From contig OZ242029.1 of assembly GCA_965205015.1 (NCBI GenBank), positions 1,504,001 through 1,568,000 on the forward strand: DNA of 64,000 nucleotides, in the 5' to 3' direction. The translations under genes were made by a program, and so were the position numbers. Below are positions 1 to 9,107 of this stretch, piece by piece. Numbering within the stretch: the stretch's first letter is position 1; every line of letters starts with the position of its first letter. The notes under the pieces were generated by a model. The model made no database searches, was not told the DNA's origin, and worked only from the letters and a program-made list of their open reading frames with translations. Source of the DNA: Candidatus Poribacteria bacterium (GTDB lineage: Bacteria; Poribacteria; WGA-4E; WGA-3G).

Positions 1-695
1 TCGCACTCGCCGACGGTTGGCGTGAGAAGATTTATCTCGCCACGAAGATAGGAACGCACCCTGAATGGCGTGGCGATTTTAGTGCCTCGGGGACGCGTCG
101 AAGTGTCGAAAATAGCCTGCGTCTACTCGGCACCGAGTGTCTCGATGTCTGCTTAGTGCATGACCCAGACAGCATGGACCCCGTTGTGGCAAAAGATGGC
201 GCATTCGACGAACTCCAACGGATGCGCGAGGAAGGCCTGCTTAAGTTCATCGGGCTTGGGGTTCGACAACACGAATTTCACAAAATCGCCATCGAAACCG
301 GTGTTGTTGATGTAATTCTAACGTATTTGGATTACACGCTTCTGAGCCAAACCGCAAACGATTGGTTGTTACCGCTTGCCGCTGAAAACGACATCGGGGT
401 TATCAACGGCAGTCCCATCGCAATGGGATTGCTTTCAGGGATTGAGCCAGATGTATCCATTGAAAGGATGCACTTAGACACATCTGATGCCGAAAAAGCA
501 CATCGACTCTGGCGGTGGGCAACCGATAACGATCTGAATCTTCTGAATCTCGCCATTCAATTCTGTTTCCGTCAACCTCGCCTCGCGATGAGTCTGACGG
601 GTTCCAAGAATGCGGCAGAAGTAGAGCAGAATTTCGCCGCCGCTACGACCCCAGTTTCCGACGATGTATGGGAACAATTACAGGTACTGTTGTAA
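1..695 (+). CDS. Aldo/keto reductase (5'-truncated by window edge)
   Basis: Frame open from position 3: ...REKIYLATKIG...SVENSLRLLGTECLDVCLVHDPD...EGLLKFIGLG...GVINGSPIAMG...EVEQN, typical AKR motifs. Confidence 0.85.
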   Translation, partial: ALADGWREKIYLATKIGTHPEWRGDFSASGTRRSVENSLRLLGTECLDVCLVHDPDSMDPVVAKDGAFDELQRMREEGLLKFIGLGVRQHEFHKIAIETGVVDVILTYLDYTLLSQTANDWLLPLAAENDIGVINGSPIAMGLLSGIEPDVSIERMHLDTSDAEKAHRLWRWATDNDLNLLNLAIQFCFRQPRLAMSLTGSKNAAEVEQNFAAATTPVSDDVWEQLQVLL

Positions 696-770
696 GTAAC
701 AGAACAGTCAGTTGTCGGTTAAGAAGTGTTCGTCTAACAAAGGGTTACTCTTAAGGTAGCATCAGAACCC

Positions 771-852
771 GTAGCCCGTAATGTAATGGAGGGCGGGTTT
801 AAGCAACGCACGTTAAAGTCCAAACGTCCGTTATTTACCCGCAAGGTATAAT
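771..852 (+). repeat. Dispersed repeat family A (GTAGYCCGTAATG.AATGGAGG...AACGTCC...CCGCAAGG-AT-rich), copy upstream of SDR gene
   Basis: Aligns by eye with 27621-27703 (-), 35073-35123 (+, partial) and 53767-53875 (+). Confidence 0.75.
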
Positions 853-859
853 TAATAAA

Positions 860-1609
860 ATGAAATTTCAGGGAAGGGTTGCATTGGTAACCGGTGCAAG
901 CCGTGGGATAGGACAGGCAACTGCACGCAAACTTGCCGGTGAAGGTGCAACTGTTGCTGTCCACTATTCTCGCGCCGTTGAGAAAGCGGAAGCCGTCTGT
1001 GAGCAGATTCGTGAGTTGGGACAAAAAGCAATACCTGTCCAAGCCGACATTGCTGATAGAGAGGCCGTAAACAGAATGGTCGCGACGGTGACGGAAGAAC
1101 TCGGGACAATCGAACTATTGGTAAACAATGCCGGAGATGTCGGTGATGTGGCGTTTGACGAACTCGCGCCTGAACATTGGGACAGGATTATCGCGATTAA
1201 TCTGACAGGTCCCTTCAACGTGTTATGGGCAGTCAAATCCGGGATGATTGAGAGGCAGTTCGGACGTATCGTCAACGTATCCTCAATCGCTGCATTGGCA
1301 GTCCGCCCGAACCAATTGCCTTATGCAGCAGCGAAAGCCGGCGTCATTGCGCTGACAAAATCGTGCTGCGGACCCCTTGCACCGCACAACATCCGCATCA
1401 ATTCGGTTGCCCCCGGGGCAATCGCGACAGATATGTTAGGGGAAGTCTCATCAGAGATGGTGGAACAACTTCGGTCTACGACCCCGCTCGGCAGACTCGG
1501 TGAACCGGAAGAGATGGCAGATGTGATAGCGTTCCTTTTGAGTGAGGAATCGAGTTATATGACAGGCTCAACTGTTATCGCGAGTGGTGGCAGAATCCTT
1601 ATTCCGTAA
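860..1609 (+). CDS. Short-chain dehydrogenase/reductase (FabG-like)
   Basis: TGASRGIG, LVNNAG, YAAAK, NSVAPG motifs. Confidence 0.92.
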   Translation: MKFQGRVALVTGASRGIGQATARKLAGEGATVAVHYSRAVEKAEAVCEQIRELGQKAIPVQADIADREAVNRMVATVTEELGTIELLVNNAGDVGDVAFDELAPEHWDRIIAINLTGPFNVLWAVKSGMIERQFGRIVNVSSIAALAVRPNQLPYAAAKAGVIALTKSCCGPLAPHNIRINSVAPGAIATDMLGEVSSEMVEQLRSTTPLGRLGEPEEMADVIAFLLSEESSYMTGSTVIASGGRILIP

Positions 1610-1633
1610 GGAAAAGAGACACAGCCTGACAGG

Positions 1634-2914
1634 CTATGCTACAGTCAGCGCAAGTTTTGTCTCACCAACCTCCAAATCGAACGCAACGAAGGTCTGCTTT
1701 CCTTCAATAAGAAACGTATCCCTCTGAAAATCGCGTCGGAAACGAACTTCGCGCAGATCCCACCCGTTAACCTGAACATGGCGGATCGGTGCATCAAGAG
1801 CGAGCGTAAAGTTTGCTGTGGGGAATTGGGTAGAGAGGTTAACTGACGTTACGGCAGAACGGCGTCTGCCTACTACTACTATATCGGTAAGTTCACGCGC
1901 CATCCAGTAGTGCCCAATCTCCGAATTCTTCATCCAGAGCGTCTTCGTGCCATCGGGATCATAACTGTCGAGCCGTGCCTTGACAGTTTTGAGTATATCG
2001 AACCCAGATTTTTCGCCGTTGAAATAGAATCCGGGCCAATGCCCAACGAGGACACACGGCAGTTCCTTTTCGAGAATCGGTGGCAAGCGACCGCCCTGTA
2101 AATCTTCTGTAATGAACCGATCGGCATCCCCCAAATCGTAGCCTGTCCAACCACCGAACCAGTCCCCCGCACATGAGACAATACTGGCAATCGCAATCCC
2201 TGCCTCTTTCTCAGCATACCAGATGGGGACATCCGGCAGTTCATCATGCTTGAGCCAGAGGAAATAGAACGGACGCGGATTGTTATTGACATATTGGGAG
2301 GCGGTTAGCACGGCTTTCGCATACGCCGCCTCCTGACGTTTTCCAAAGGCACCGGGACTCGTCACACCCTCACACGGGATGCCAACATTGTCAAGCATTT
2401 CCATCGCTGTGATGATGTAGTCCGTGAGTCTATTGTCAACCGGCGGATCCACCCATTCCACCTGCTCCCATTCTTCGGTGAGCGCGAATGTGTCCAGATC
2501 AACGACAGCAGTATGCGTGAGCATCTCGGGGGTCAAGTCGAAACTGGGCCAAATCAGTTCCCTGTAGATTCGCAGCCACGCTTGATATTCGTGTGTTGGG
2601 AAGTCCGGAAACCCTTCGTCGACGCGTCCGACGCCTGCTGGATAAGGAATGAGGCTAAATTTGCCTTTCACACCGTTTTCCCAGCACCATTCTGCCCATT
2701 CATAAGCGAAGTCTGAGGGGATTGCGGGGGGTATGCTTTTCAGCTGCGTGGCGTTGCCTTCCCAACGTTCTGGGGGGATATTGGGTTGGTGTCTCGCTTT
2801 CCAGGCGTGCCGTTGATGTATCCAGTAGTAGGTGAGATTGACCACGGGACACGAATCGTCAACAATAAGCGACAGCGGAGTCCTTAACAATGGGTTGCAG
2901 ACGGTCATATTCAT
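1634..2914 (-). CDS. Hypothetical protein, possible polysaccharide-deacetylase/GH57-like barrel
   Basis: 426-aa ORF; SLIVDDS, EMLTH, GVTSPG and VGHW motifs resemble NodB-type folds; function uncertain. Confidence 0.55.
   Translation of the reverse strand: MNMTVCNPLLRTPLSLIVDDSCPVVNLTYYWIHQRHAWKARHQPNIPPERWEGNATQLKSIPPAIPSDFAYEWAEWCWENGVKGKFSLIPYPAGVGRVDEGFPDFPTHEYQAWLRIYRELIWPSFDLTPEMLTHTAVVDLDTFALTEEWEQVEWVDPPVDNRLTDYIITAMEMLDNVGIPCEGVTSPGAFGKRQEAAYAKAVLTASQYVNNNPRPFYFLWLKHDELPDVPIWYAEKEAGIAIASIVSCAGDWFGGWTGYDLGDADRFITEDLQGGRLPPILEKELPCVLVGHWPGFYFNGEKSGFDILKTVKARLDSYDPDGTKTLWMKNSEIGHYWMARELTDIVVVGRRRSAVTSVNLSTQFPTANFTLALDAPIRHVQVNGWDLREVRFRRDFQRDTFLIEGKQTFVAFDLEVGETKLALTVA
1851..1878 (-). 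repeat. GTAG-type REP palindrome lying in-frame inside CDS 1634..2914
   Basis: Reverse strand GTAGTAGGCAGACGCCGTTCTGCCGT closely matches intergenic GTAGTAGGCACGCTCCGTCGTGCCGT at 36010-36035; translates as VVGRRRSAV. Confidence 0.7.
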
Positions 2915-2919
2915 AAAAA

Positions 2920-3145
2920 GTCTGGATTATGATTGATGTGATTCAATGGTTTGCCAGGATTGCCAGAGATCTTATCATTATGGTAATCGTGATAATCATA
3001 AGAATGCTGGTCTAACTTTAGCACACCCCGGGCAAAACAGCAAGGAAAATAAGAAGTCTGAACTATGATTGATGTGATTATCAGATTTACCAAGATTGTC
3101 GGAGGCCTTATTATCATGGAAAATTTTAAAAATCCTGGTTCTGAC
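2920..3145. repeat. Two direct copies (~2920-3016, ~3056-3145) of a ~90-bp element with imperfect terminal inverted repeats (MITE-like)
   Basis: Both start GTCTG(G/A)A(T/C)TATGATTGATGTGATT and end AAT(G/C)CTGGT(CTAAC/TCTGAC). Confidence 0.55.
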
Positions 3146-3149
3146 TTCG

Positions 3150-4634
3150 TTACTTCACCTCACTCATCAGAAACGAGACTTGTGCCATAATAAAGAAGAG
3201 TAGATTAAAGAGCACTAACAAGCTGACTTGGGATAACACACTCCGATAGGAAATCTGCTCCGAAAATACCGGCACAGCATCTGGATCCACAGGTTTCTGG
3301 GACAATCCCTCCTTCACAGGATAGATATGGAGACTCTCTGGATCACTCTGATCTTCCGCCTTGATGAAGTCTATGAACGTTTGACGATAGCGGCGCGCCT
3401 GTTTGACGAAATTCATATAACCCACGATACCCGTATTCGCAAGCCCTTCCATCGCATACTGGAAAGTCGCTATCGGAGAAATCTGGGTGAGATCGCGGGC
3501 AAGCTGCACCTGCCTAAACTGCTGATCAATGTGTTCATCAAGACTTTTTGTTTCTATCCCTTTCTGCGCTGTAAAGTATGTTGCCCACTGTCGCGTCGCT
3601 GATGGATTTTCAGTGGAGGGTGCTTGGTTCAACTTACTCGATGTTTCACCAGACACGCCCCAAGGCCCGTAGGCGCCCCAAGGCTGAAATTGATCCATAA
3701 TTTGCTTCAATTGCGCTTCTCTTCGTAATGAGACCTCGTCAACCGACGGAATTGGATTCAGGTTACCAACAAAGATCCCGAGTAGGTTCGGAAAGACAAA
3801 GGCGAGGAAAACCCAAGTGAGTAAGAGCCATACCAAACTTGTAATAGCGTTTGAGACGCGACTTGAAAAAAACAAACCGACGAAAATAAAAGCAGAAATG
3901 AGTAGCCCAAACAGTCCGACCATCCCCAGAATTCTGAGAGAGGTTCCCGAATCAAAGGAAAGACTCCCAGAAAGTTGGATAACTAATAGATTCATCAGGA
4001 TACCAATTACGAGTGGCACCATGAGCGTCAGAAATGCGCCGATGGACTTTCCCAACAACACTTGGCTGCGCGAGACCGTGTTGGACATCATCATACTGAG
4101 GGTGCCGCTGGATCGTTCCCCAGCGACGGCATCGAAAGTGAACAAGATGGCGAAAAAACTCATCAGTACACCGATGAAAACCCAGTCTATTTTGATACGA
4201 CGGGTTCCCCCCCCTTCATCAAAACTATTCAACGGATACCTTAACGTCCAAGGGCCCTTCCATGCATAAGCTTCAAATTTACCAGGCTTAGCACTGCGAC
4301 TGGCAGTGCCGTACTCCTGCATGATGACATAACGCGGTATCACTTCATCAGCCCCATTGGCGGAGAATTTCAGAGGACTCGGACGTTTCGGCATATCCCC
4401 GGGGCCTATCACCGCCAACTCCCCTAAACCCTGGGCGGCATACGTTTCAACATGAGATAACTTTTTTTCTACTTGCTTATTGTAGGCATTGACCTGTGTT
4501 ATGTATCCATCATCACCATAACCGTATATCAACGCGTTCGCTATCATCAGAAGGGGTAGCAGAATTATCATCAAAGCGAACCGGAGCGTCGTGAGATTGT
4601 GATGAATCTCTTTCTTCGCAATGTGCAAAATCAT
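3150..4634 (-). CDS. ABC-2 type transporter permease (type B, copy 2)
   Basis: IAKKEI N-terminus, FDAVAGERSSGTL..VSRSQVLLGK, multiple TM helices; paralog of 7568..9013. Confidence 0.85.
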   Translation of the reverse strand: MILHIAKKEIHHNLTTLRFALMIILLPLLMIANALIYGYGDDGYITQVNAYNKQVEKKLSHVETYAAQGLGELAVIGPGDMPKRPSPLKFSANGADEVIPRYVIMQEYGTASRSAKPGKFEAYAWKGPWTLRYPLNSFDEGGGTRRIKIDWVFIGVLMSFFAILFTFDAVAGERSSGTLSMMMSNTVSRSQVLLGKSIGAFLTLMVPLVIGILMNLLVIQLSGSLSFDSGTSLRILGMVGLFGLLISAFIFVGLFFSSRVSNAITSLVWLLLTWVFLAFVFPNLLGIFVGNLNPIPSVDEVSLRREAQLKQIMDQFQPWGAYGPWGVSGETSSKLNQAPSTENPSATRQWATYFTAQKGIETKSLDEHIDQQFRQVQLARDLTQISPIATFQYAMEGLANTGIVGYMNFVKQARRYRQTFIDFIKAEDQSDPESLHIYPVKEGLSQKPVDPDAVPVFSEQISYRSVLSQVSLLVLFNLLFFIMAQVSFLMSEVK

Positions 4635-4646
4635 CTGTTCTCCTTT

Positions 4647-6185
4647 TTAACTCATCTCATATCTCAGAAAAGACACATAAGCCAACATAAACAGAACAAT
4701 ATTCCATGCCAACAAGATTAGAATATCCACAGAAGCGCGTGAGAAACTTTCGGAGAGGGAGAACCGCTGATGTCGATAAACCGGCAGATCCGCTAAATCC
4801 GCAGCACCTTGGTCATCGGAAAACCAGGCGCGCGAAGAAAATGCTTTTTTATCTTTCAAATATTCAACAATCTCGCGCTTATGGGTCCTGGAACTCTCAA
4901 GAAAGTCATTATAACTCTGCCGGTCGGTCCCCGCTATTGCCCCAACAGCAAAGCGGTACACATCTGCGAAGGAGATACGGGAGAGAAAATCTGCGAACTT
5001 CGCGTTCCGCTCTCGGTCGTCCGCAGGTTTTCTGAGAATTTCTTCCGCCCTATCCGTATACCCAATTCGAAGTGGTTCCTGATAACTTAAAAATTCTTGG
5101 AGAACAGACACATCGGCATCCTTAAGGTTTCTGATCTGATAACTCTCTGTCAGAAACCACTGTGCAGACATAGAGAAAGTGCCAGCAGACCCACGTTTTC
5201 TACCTTTTTCATCGCGGTGCCAAGAGACCGTCTCCGTTGGACTATCGTACCCCCTCTTTTTCAGGTGATCGCCGCGTTCTTTTCTGAAATCGTTCCAGAG
5301 TTGAATCGTCTGTTGAAAAATTTTCTCCTCCGAGTCCGGTTTATGTGGCGAAAATTTCGTCACCGCAAATGTCGCCACGTTCGCATGAACACTTGTCAGG
5401 ATCACCCAGAGAAACATCGAAAGAATTAATGTTGTCGTTGCTTCCTTCGTCCAAACAGATAAGAGCAGTCCTAAAAGATACCACGCTGACACGTACAACA
5501 GCGAAACAGCGAATATCAGAACAACGTGGGCAATGTCGCTTCCATCAAAGGCAATGTCAGGTGAAGAGAGTGCAAGCAACAGTGCCATAATCAAACTCAC
5601 CACAACAATCGGGAACAGCGACAACATACCGCCAAGGTATTTCCCCAAAACCACCGTGTCCCTCGGTATCGAATTAGATAATACGAGTTTCAGTGTGCCG
5701 TCCTCTCTTTCGCCTGAAATTGTGTTGTAAGCAAACAGAATCGCTAAAGCACTGAGTACGATTTTGAAGATGAAAACCACATCAACGGAGAGAAACATTG
5801 CGAGAAAAGGGTTGTCTGCCCCTATCTTCCGAGTCGTTTCGCCCCAACCGGGGGAACTGCTATCCCGTTTCCAAATCGGCTTGTCAGGCTCAACAACGAC
5901 CGTATTTACACCAGAAGTTTCCATCCCGATGTTAAAAATGCCGAGCGGATTCGGTTTTCTGTGCACCTTTGAACTAATATCAGTGTAGAGTTTCCAATTC
6001 TTTGCTTCTGCTTGGGATTCCCGGATAGCCGTATTATATCCCACTAAACGCTTTTCGTGATCATCCACTTGGACAAAAACAGCGACAGCCGTTGAAAGCA
6101 GACACACGATAAACCCAATCATGAAGCGGGATGTTAGCATATTTGAGACGAATTCGCGTTGGATAACAAGCCAAAGCGTATGCAT
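4647..6185 (-). CDS. ABC-2 type transporter permease (type A, copy 2)
   Basis: VIQREF, ISGEREDGTLKLVLSNSIPRDTVVLGKYLG, C-terminal FLRYE; paralog of 9108..10631. Confidence 0.85.
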   Translation of the reverse strand: MHTLWLVIQREFVSNMLTSRFMIGFIVCLLSTAVAVFVQVDDHEKRLVGYNTAIRESQAEAKNWKLYTDISSKVHRKPNPLGIFNIGMETSGVNTVVVEPDKPIWKRDSSSPGWGETTRKIGADNPFLAMFLSVDVVFIFKIVLSALAILFAYNTISGEREDGTLKLVLSNSIPRDTVVLGKYLGGMLSLFPIVVVSLIMALLLALSSPDIAFDGSDIAHVVLIFAVSLLYVSAWYLLGLLLSVWTKEATTTLILSMFLWVILTSVHANVATFAVTKFSPHKPDSEEKIFQQTIQLWNDFRKERGDHLKKRGYDSPTETVSWHRDEKGRKRGSAGTFSMSAQWFLTESYQIRNLKDADVSVLQEFLSYQEPLRIGYTDRAEEILRKPADDRERNAKFADFLSRISFADVYRFAVGAIAGTDRQSYNDFLESSRTHKREIVEYLKDKKAFSSRAWFSDDQGAADLADLPVYRHQRFSLSESFSRASVDILILLAWNIVLFMLAYVSFLRYEMS

Positions 6186-6291
6186 TTAATACACCTCATT
6201 AGCAGAATGACATCTGCAGCGGTTTCCTAAAGACAGCACATCATGAAATATTGCTATTTTGATGCTTGATCGGCGATAGCTGGAAAGTTAT

Positions 6292-7176
6292 CTACCCGCC
6301 TTTAGAATCAGTAGATTTGACTTCATACCTCTTTAATTGAAGGGTTTTACCCGTGGTTGAAGCCTTCACTTGAGAGTGAGTTATAACTGTCAGAAGGATA
6401 TCCTCCGCTTCTTGGTGAAACTTGACAATTCCGACGTTGGGTGCTACCCACAGCGTCGTAACGGATTCACCGGGTGGATTCGCTTCCCCAGCCCGGTCGC
6501 GTGCGCCCCCATTCGCGCCATGAACGAATATTGCGACTTCTGTTGACGTCCGATACTCAATTTTCAAACAGTCTTCAAAAGTGCCAGCGGGTGTCTCAAC
6601 GTTTTCCGTCCCTAAAACCTTGCCTGTTTCAACAATAGTAAACTCACATATCGTTTCCTCAGGATCTTGCGGCGGATCAGGTGTCATCGTGACTTTGGCT
6701 TTTATCTGTGCTACGTCCCACTTTTCGTCGAAGGTAACAGACGTTGGAAGCACATAAAATGGGTCTTGTGCCTCTACCTCAATGTCGTAGAGGAGATCGA
6801 AATTCGCCTCATGTATTTTGCCGAAGACCTCTACCTCTTTGGCAAGACGCGCCTTGACCGCTTTCTCTACATCATCACCGACCCAGAACGTAACTTGCTC
6901 TTCACCAACTCGATAGAGATGTGGGTGGATATGATAGTCATAATCCGCCCAATCCTCTAAAGCAGGTTCATAACTGAAGGCGTGATACGTCTCTCCGTCG
7001 ATATCTTTGTTCTCAATGACACGACGTGTTAATTCGTTTCCGTCTTGGTCTTCATAAACCCAGTAACTTCCGAGCGTGTGTGGAAAATAGGTATCAGCCC
7101 CTTCTTTCCCCACCAGTGTTGCACTAAAACCCAAAATGAGCGACAAACTAAAAATGACACGAAATCTTTTCAACAT
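6292..7176 (-). CDS. Secreted protein with DUF3108/TapB-like beta domain
   Basis: Signal peptide; YFPHTLGSYWVY, ENVETPAGTFEDCLKIEY, WVAPNVGIVK motifs resembling the shared module of the 12.4-24.5 kb proteins. Confidence 0.65.
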   Translation of the reverse strand: MLKRFRVIFSLSLILGFSATLVGKEGADTYFPHTLGSYWVYEDQDGNELTRRVIENKDIDGETYHAFSYEPALEDWADYDYHIHPHLYRVGEEQVTFWVGDDVEKAVKARLAKEVEVFGKIHEANFDLLYDIEVEAQDPFYVLPTSVTFDEKWDVAQIKAKVTMTPDPPQDPEETICEFTIVETGKVLGTENVETPAGTFEDCLKIEYRTSTEVAIFVHGANGGARDRAGEANPPGESVTTLWVAPNVGIVKFHQEAEDILLTVITHSQVKASTTGKTLQLKRYEVKSTDSKGG

Positions 7177-7239
7177 GATAGATTCCTCGAATTTTTCGTT
7201 TTTTAACCTAATGCTCTGTCAGGATTATTTTGAGAGGTT

Positions 7240-7270
7240 GTAGGTTGGGTTGAACGCAGTGAAACCCAAC
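7240..7270 (+). repeat. GTAG-type REP palindrome
   Basis: GTAG-GTTGGGTT-GAACGCAGTGA-AACCCAAC hairpin. Confidence 0.65.
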
Positions 7271-7567
7271 GTATTCTGCCAATCTAATCTATCAGCGTAG
7301 AGGTGACAGAACACGAACCTATAGGTAGAAGCGATTTTCAAGCGTGCTTCCTGAAATGAATTGCTTCAATTCCCACCGCGCATTTTGAGGTTGTCGTTAC
7401 TACAAACGAGTTTGAAAAAAGTTGCATTTTATTTTAATTTTAAATTTTCAGAATACTTACAATCCCATGAAATTTCACTAACGAAAGTCTCTACATGTTT
7501 TCGGACTTTATGGTAACCTCTATCCAACCGCAACGAGATATACACAAATCTACTGAATCCCGCCGCG

Positions 7568-9013
7568 TTACTTAACTTCGCTCATCAGAAACGAGACCTG
7601 TGCGATAATAAAGAAGAGTAGATTAAAGAGCACCAACAGACCGACTTGGGATAACACACTCCGATAGGAAATCTGCTCCGAAAAGACCGGCACAGCATTC
7701 GGATCCACAGGTTTCTGGGATAACCCTTCTCTCACAGGATAGATATGGAGGCTCTCCGGGTCACTTCGGTCTTCTGTTTTAACGAAGTCTATGAATGTCT
7801 GTCGGTAGCGACGCGCCTGTTTGACGAAATTCATATAACCGACGATACTCGTGTTCGCAAGCCCCTCCATCGCATACTGGAAAGTCGCTATCGGCGAGAT
7901 TTGGGTGAGGTCGCGGGCGAGTTGCACCTGCTGAAGCTGCCGGTCGATGTGTCCATCGGCAATTTGTGTGTCCGTATCGTTGATTGCTGTGAAGTATTCC
8001 GCCCAGAGACGTGTCACGGAAATTCTTTCAACGGAAGGTGATTTTTTTAGCTTCTTTGGGGACCCCCGTTGCCATTCGTCCTCGATCTGGTCTAATTGTG
8101 CCCGTCTTTGCATTGAAATCTCATCAACGGATGGAATCGGATTCAGATTACTGACAAAGGTGCCAAGTAAACTCGGAAAAACAAATGCCAAACAGACCCA
8201 AGTTAACAAGAGCCACACCAAACTTGTAATCGCATTTGAAACGCGACTTGAAAAAAACAGCCCAAGAAAAATAAAGACAGAGATGTGCAACGCAAAGAGT
8301 CCGACCATACCCAAAATTCTCAGCCAATCCGCAGCATCAAATGGAATGCTGCCAATGAGGCGAATGATTAAGAGGTTCATGAGGACACCCATGACCAGTG
8401 GTAGAAAGACTGTCACAAACGCGCCGAGATATTTCCCTAACAATACCTGTCCGCGCGAGATAGCGTTCGACATTATCAGGCTCAACGTGCCGCGCATCCG
8501 TTCCCCAGCGATAGCATCAAACGTGAACAAGATCGCAAAGAAACTCATCAGCACACCGATGAAGACCCAGTTGATTTTGACCCTCCCTGTCGAATTGCTG
8601 TCGGAACCTACGACTTCATACTCCAATCTCAATGGATGTCGCCATGCGTAATCTTCATCCTCAACACCGCTACTTCGACTAATATTGTAATCGCTCTTCA
8701 ATTTAATAGAACGCGATACGACTTCATCAACGCCACCGGCACAGAATATCAGACGACTGGGACGTTTCGGGATATCCCCAGGTCCCCTCAGCGCTAACTC
8801 CGCTAAACTTACGTCCGCTTGCTCTTTAATATGCTTCCTATTTTGTCGCACCCGTTCGTTGTAGCCATTAACCTGCGTCGTATACCCATCATCGCCGAGG
8901 CTATAGATCAGCGCATTCGCTACAAATAAAACAGGCAGCAGGATTATCATCAAAGCGAACCGTAGCGTCGTGAGATTGTGATGAATTTCTTTTTTTGCAA
9001 TGTGTAAAATCAT
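7568..9013 (-). CDS. ABC-2 type transporter permease (type B, copy 1)
   Basis: MILHIAKKEIHHNLTTLRF identical to 3150..4634; FDAIAGERMRGTL; ATG at 9013 preferred over TTG at 9019. Confidence 0.85.
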   Translation of the reverse strand: MILHIAKKEIHHNLTTLRFALMIILLPVLFVANALIYSLGDDGYTTQVNGYNERVRQNRKHIKEQADVSLAELALRGPGDIPKRPSRLIFCAGGVDEVVSRSIKLKSDYNISRSSGVEDEDYAWRHPLRLEYEVVGSDSNSTGRVKINWVFIGVLMSFFAILFTFDAIAGERMRGTLSLIMSNAISRGQVLLGKYLGAFVTVFLPLVMGVLMNLLIIRLIGSIPFDAADWLRILGMVGLFALHISVFIFLGLFFSSRVSNAITSLVWLLLTWVCLAFVFPSLLGTFVSNLNPIPSVDEISMQRRAQLDQIEDEWQRGSPKKLKKSPSVERISVTRLWAEYFTAINDTDTQIADGHIDRQLQQVQLARDLTQISPIATFQYAMEGLANTSIVGYMNFVKQARRYRQTFIDFVKTEDRSDPESLHIYPVREGLSQKPVDPNAVPVFSEQISYRSVLSQVGLLVLFNLLFFIIAQVSFLMSEVK

Positions 9014-9025
9014 TTTCAATAGTCC

Positions 9026-9103
9026 TCAGCAATCAGCAGTCAGCAGTCAGCAAGATAGTAGCCAGCCATTTTTCCGACAACTGACGACTGACAACCGACA
9101 ACC
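9026..9103. repeat. Heptamer-array inverted repeat element (family B: (TCAGCAG/TCGGTTN)n ... (CTGACAA/CCGACAA)n)
   Basis: tcagcaa-tcagcag-tcagcag-tcagcaa ... ccgacaa-ctgacga-ctgacaa-ccgacaa; related copies at 705-753, 47305-47391, 49894-50062, 54878-54946, 56186-56300, 61935-62066. Confidence 0.7.
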
Positions 9104-9107
9104 ATTT

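Noticed and set aside
7395-7430. Third ECF promoter (TGCAACT...) upstream of 6292..7176
   Set aside because: The -35 resembles the duplicated motif but no CGAC-like -10 lies at the same spacing; too weak to call
7947-8651. 234-aa plus-strand ORF and many other antisense ORFs in the track
   Set aside because: Shadow ORFs of well-supported genes on the opposite strand, with no recognisable motifs
9026-9103. CRISPR array from the short periodic repeats (also 2920-3145 and 56186-56300)
   Set aside because: Units are 7 bp or degenerate, with no constant-length unique spacers
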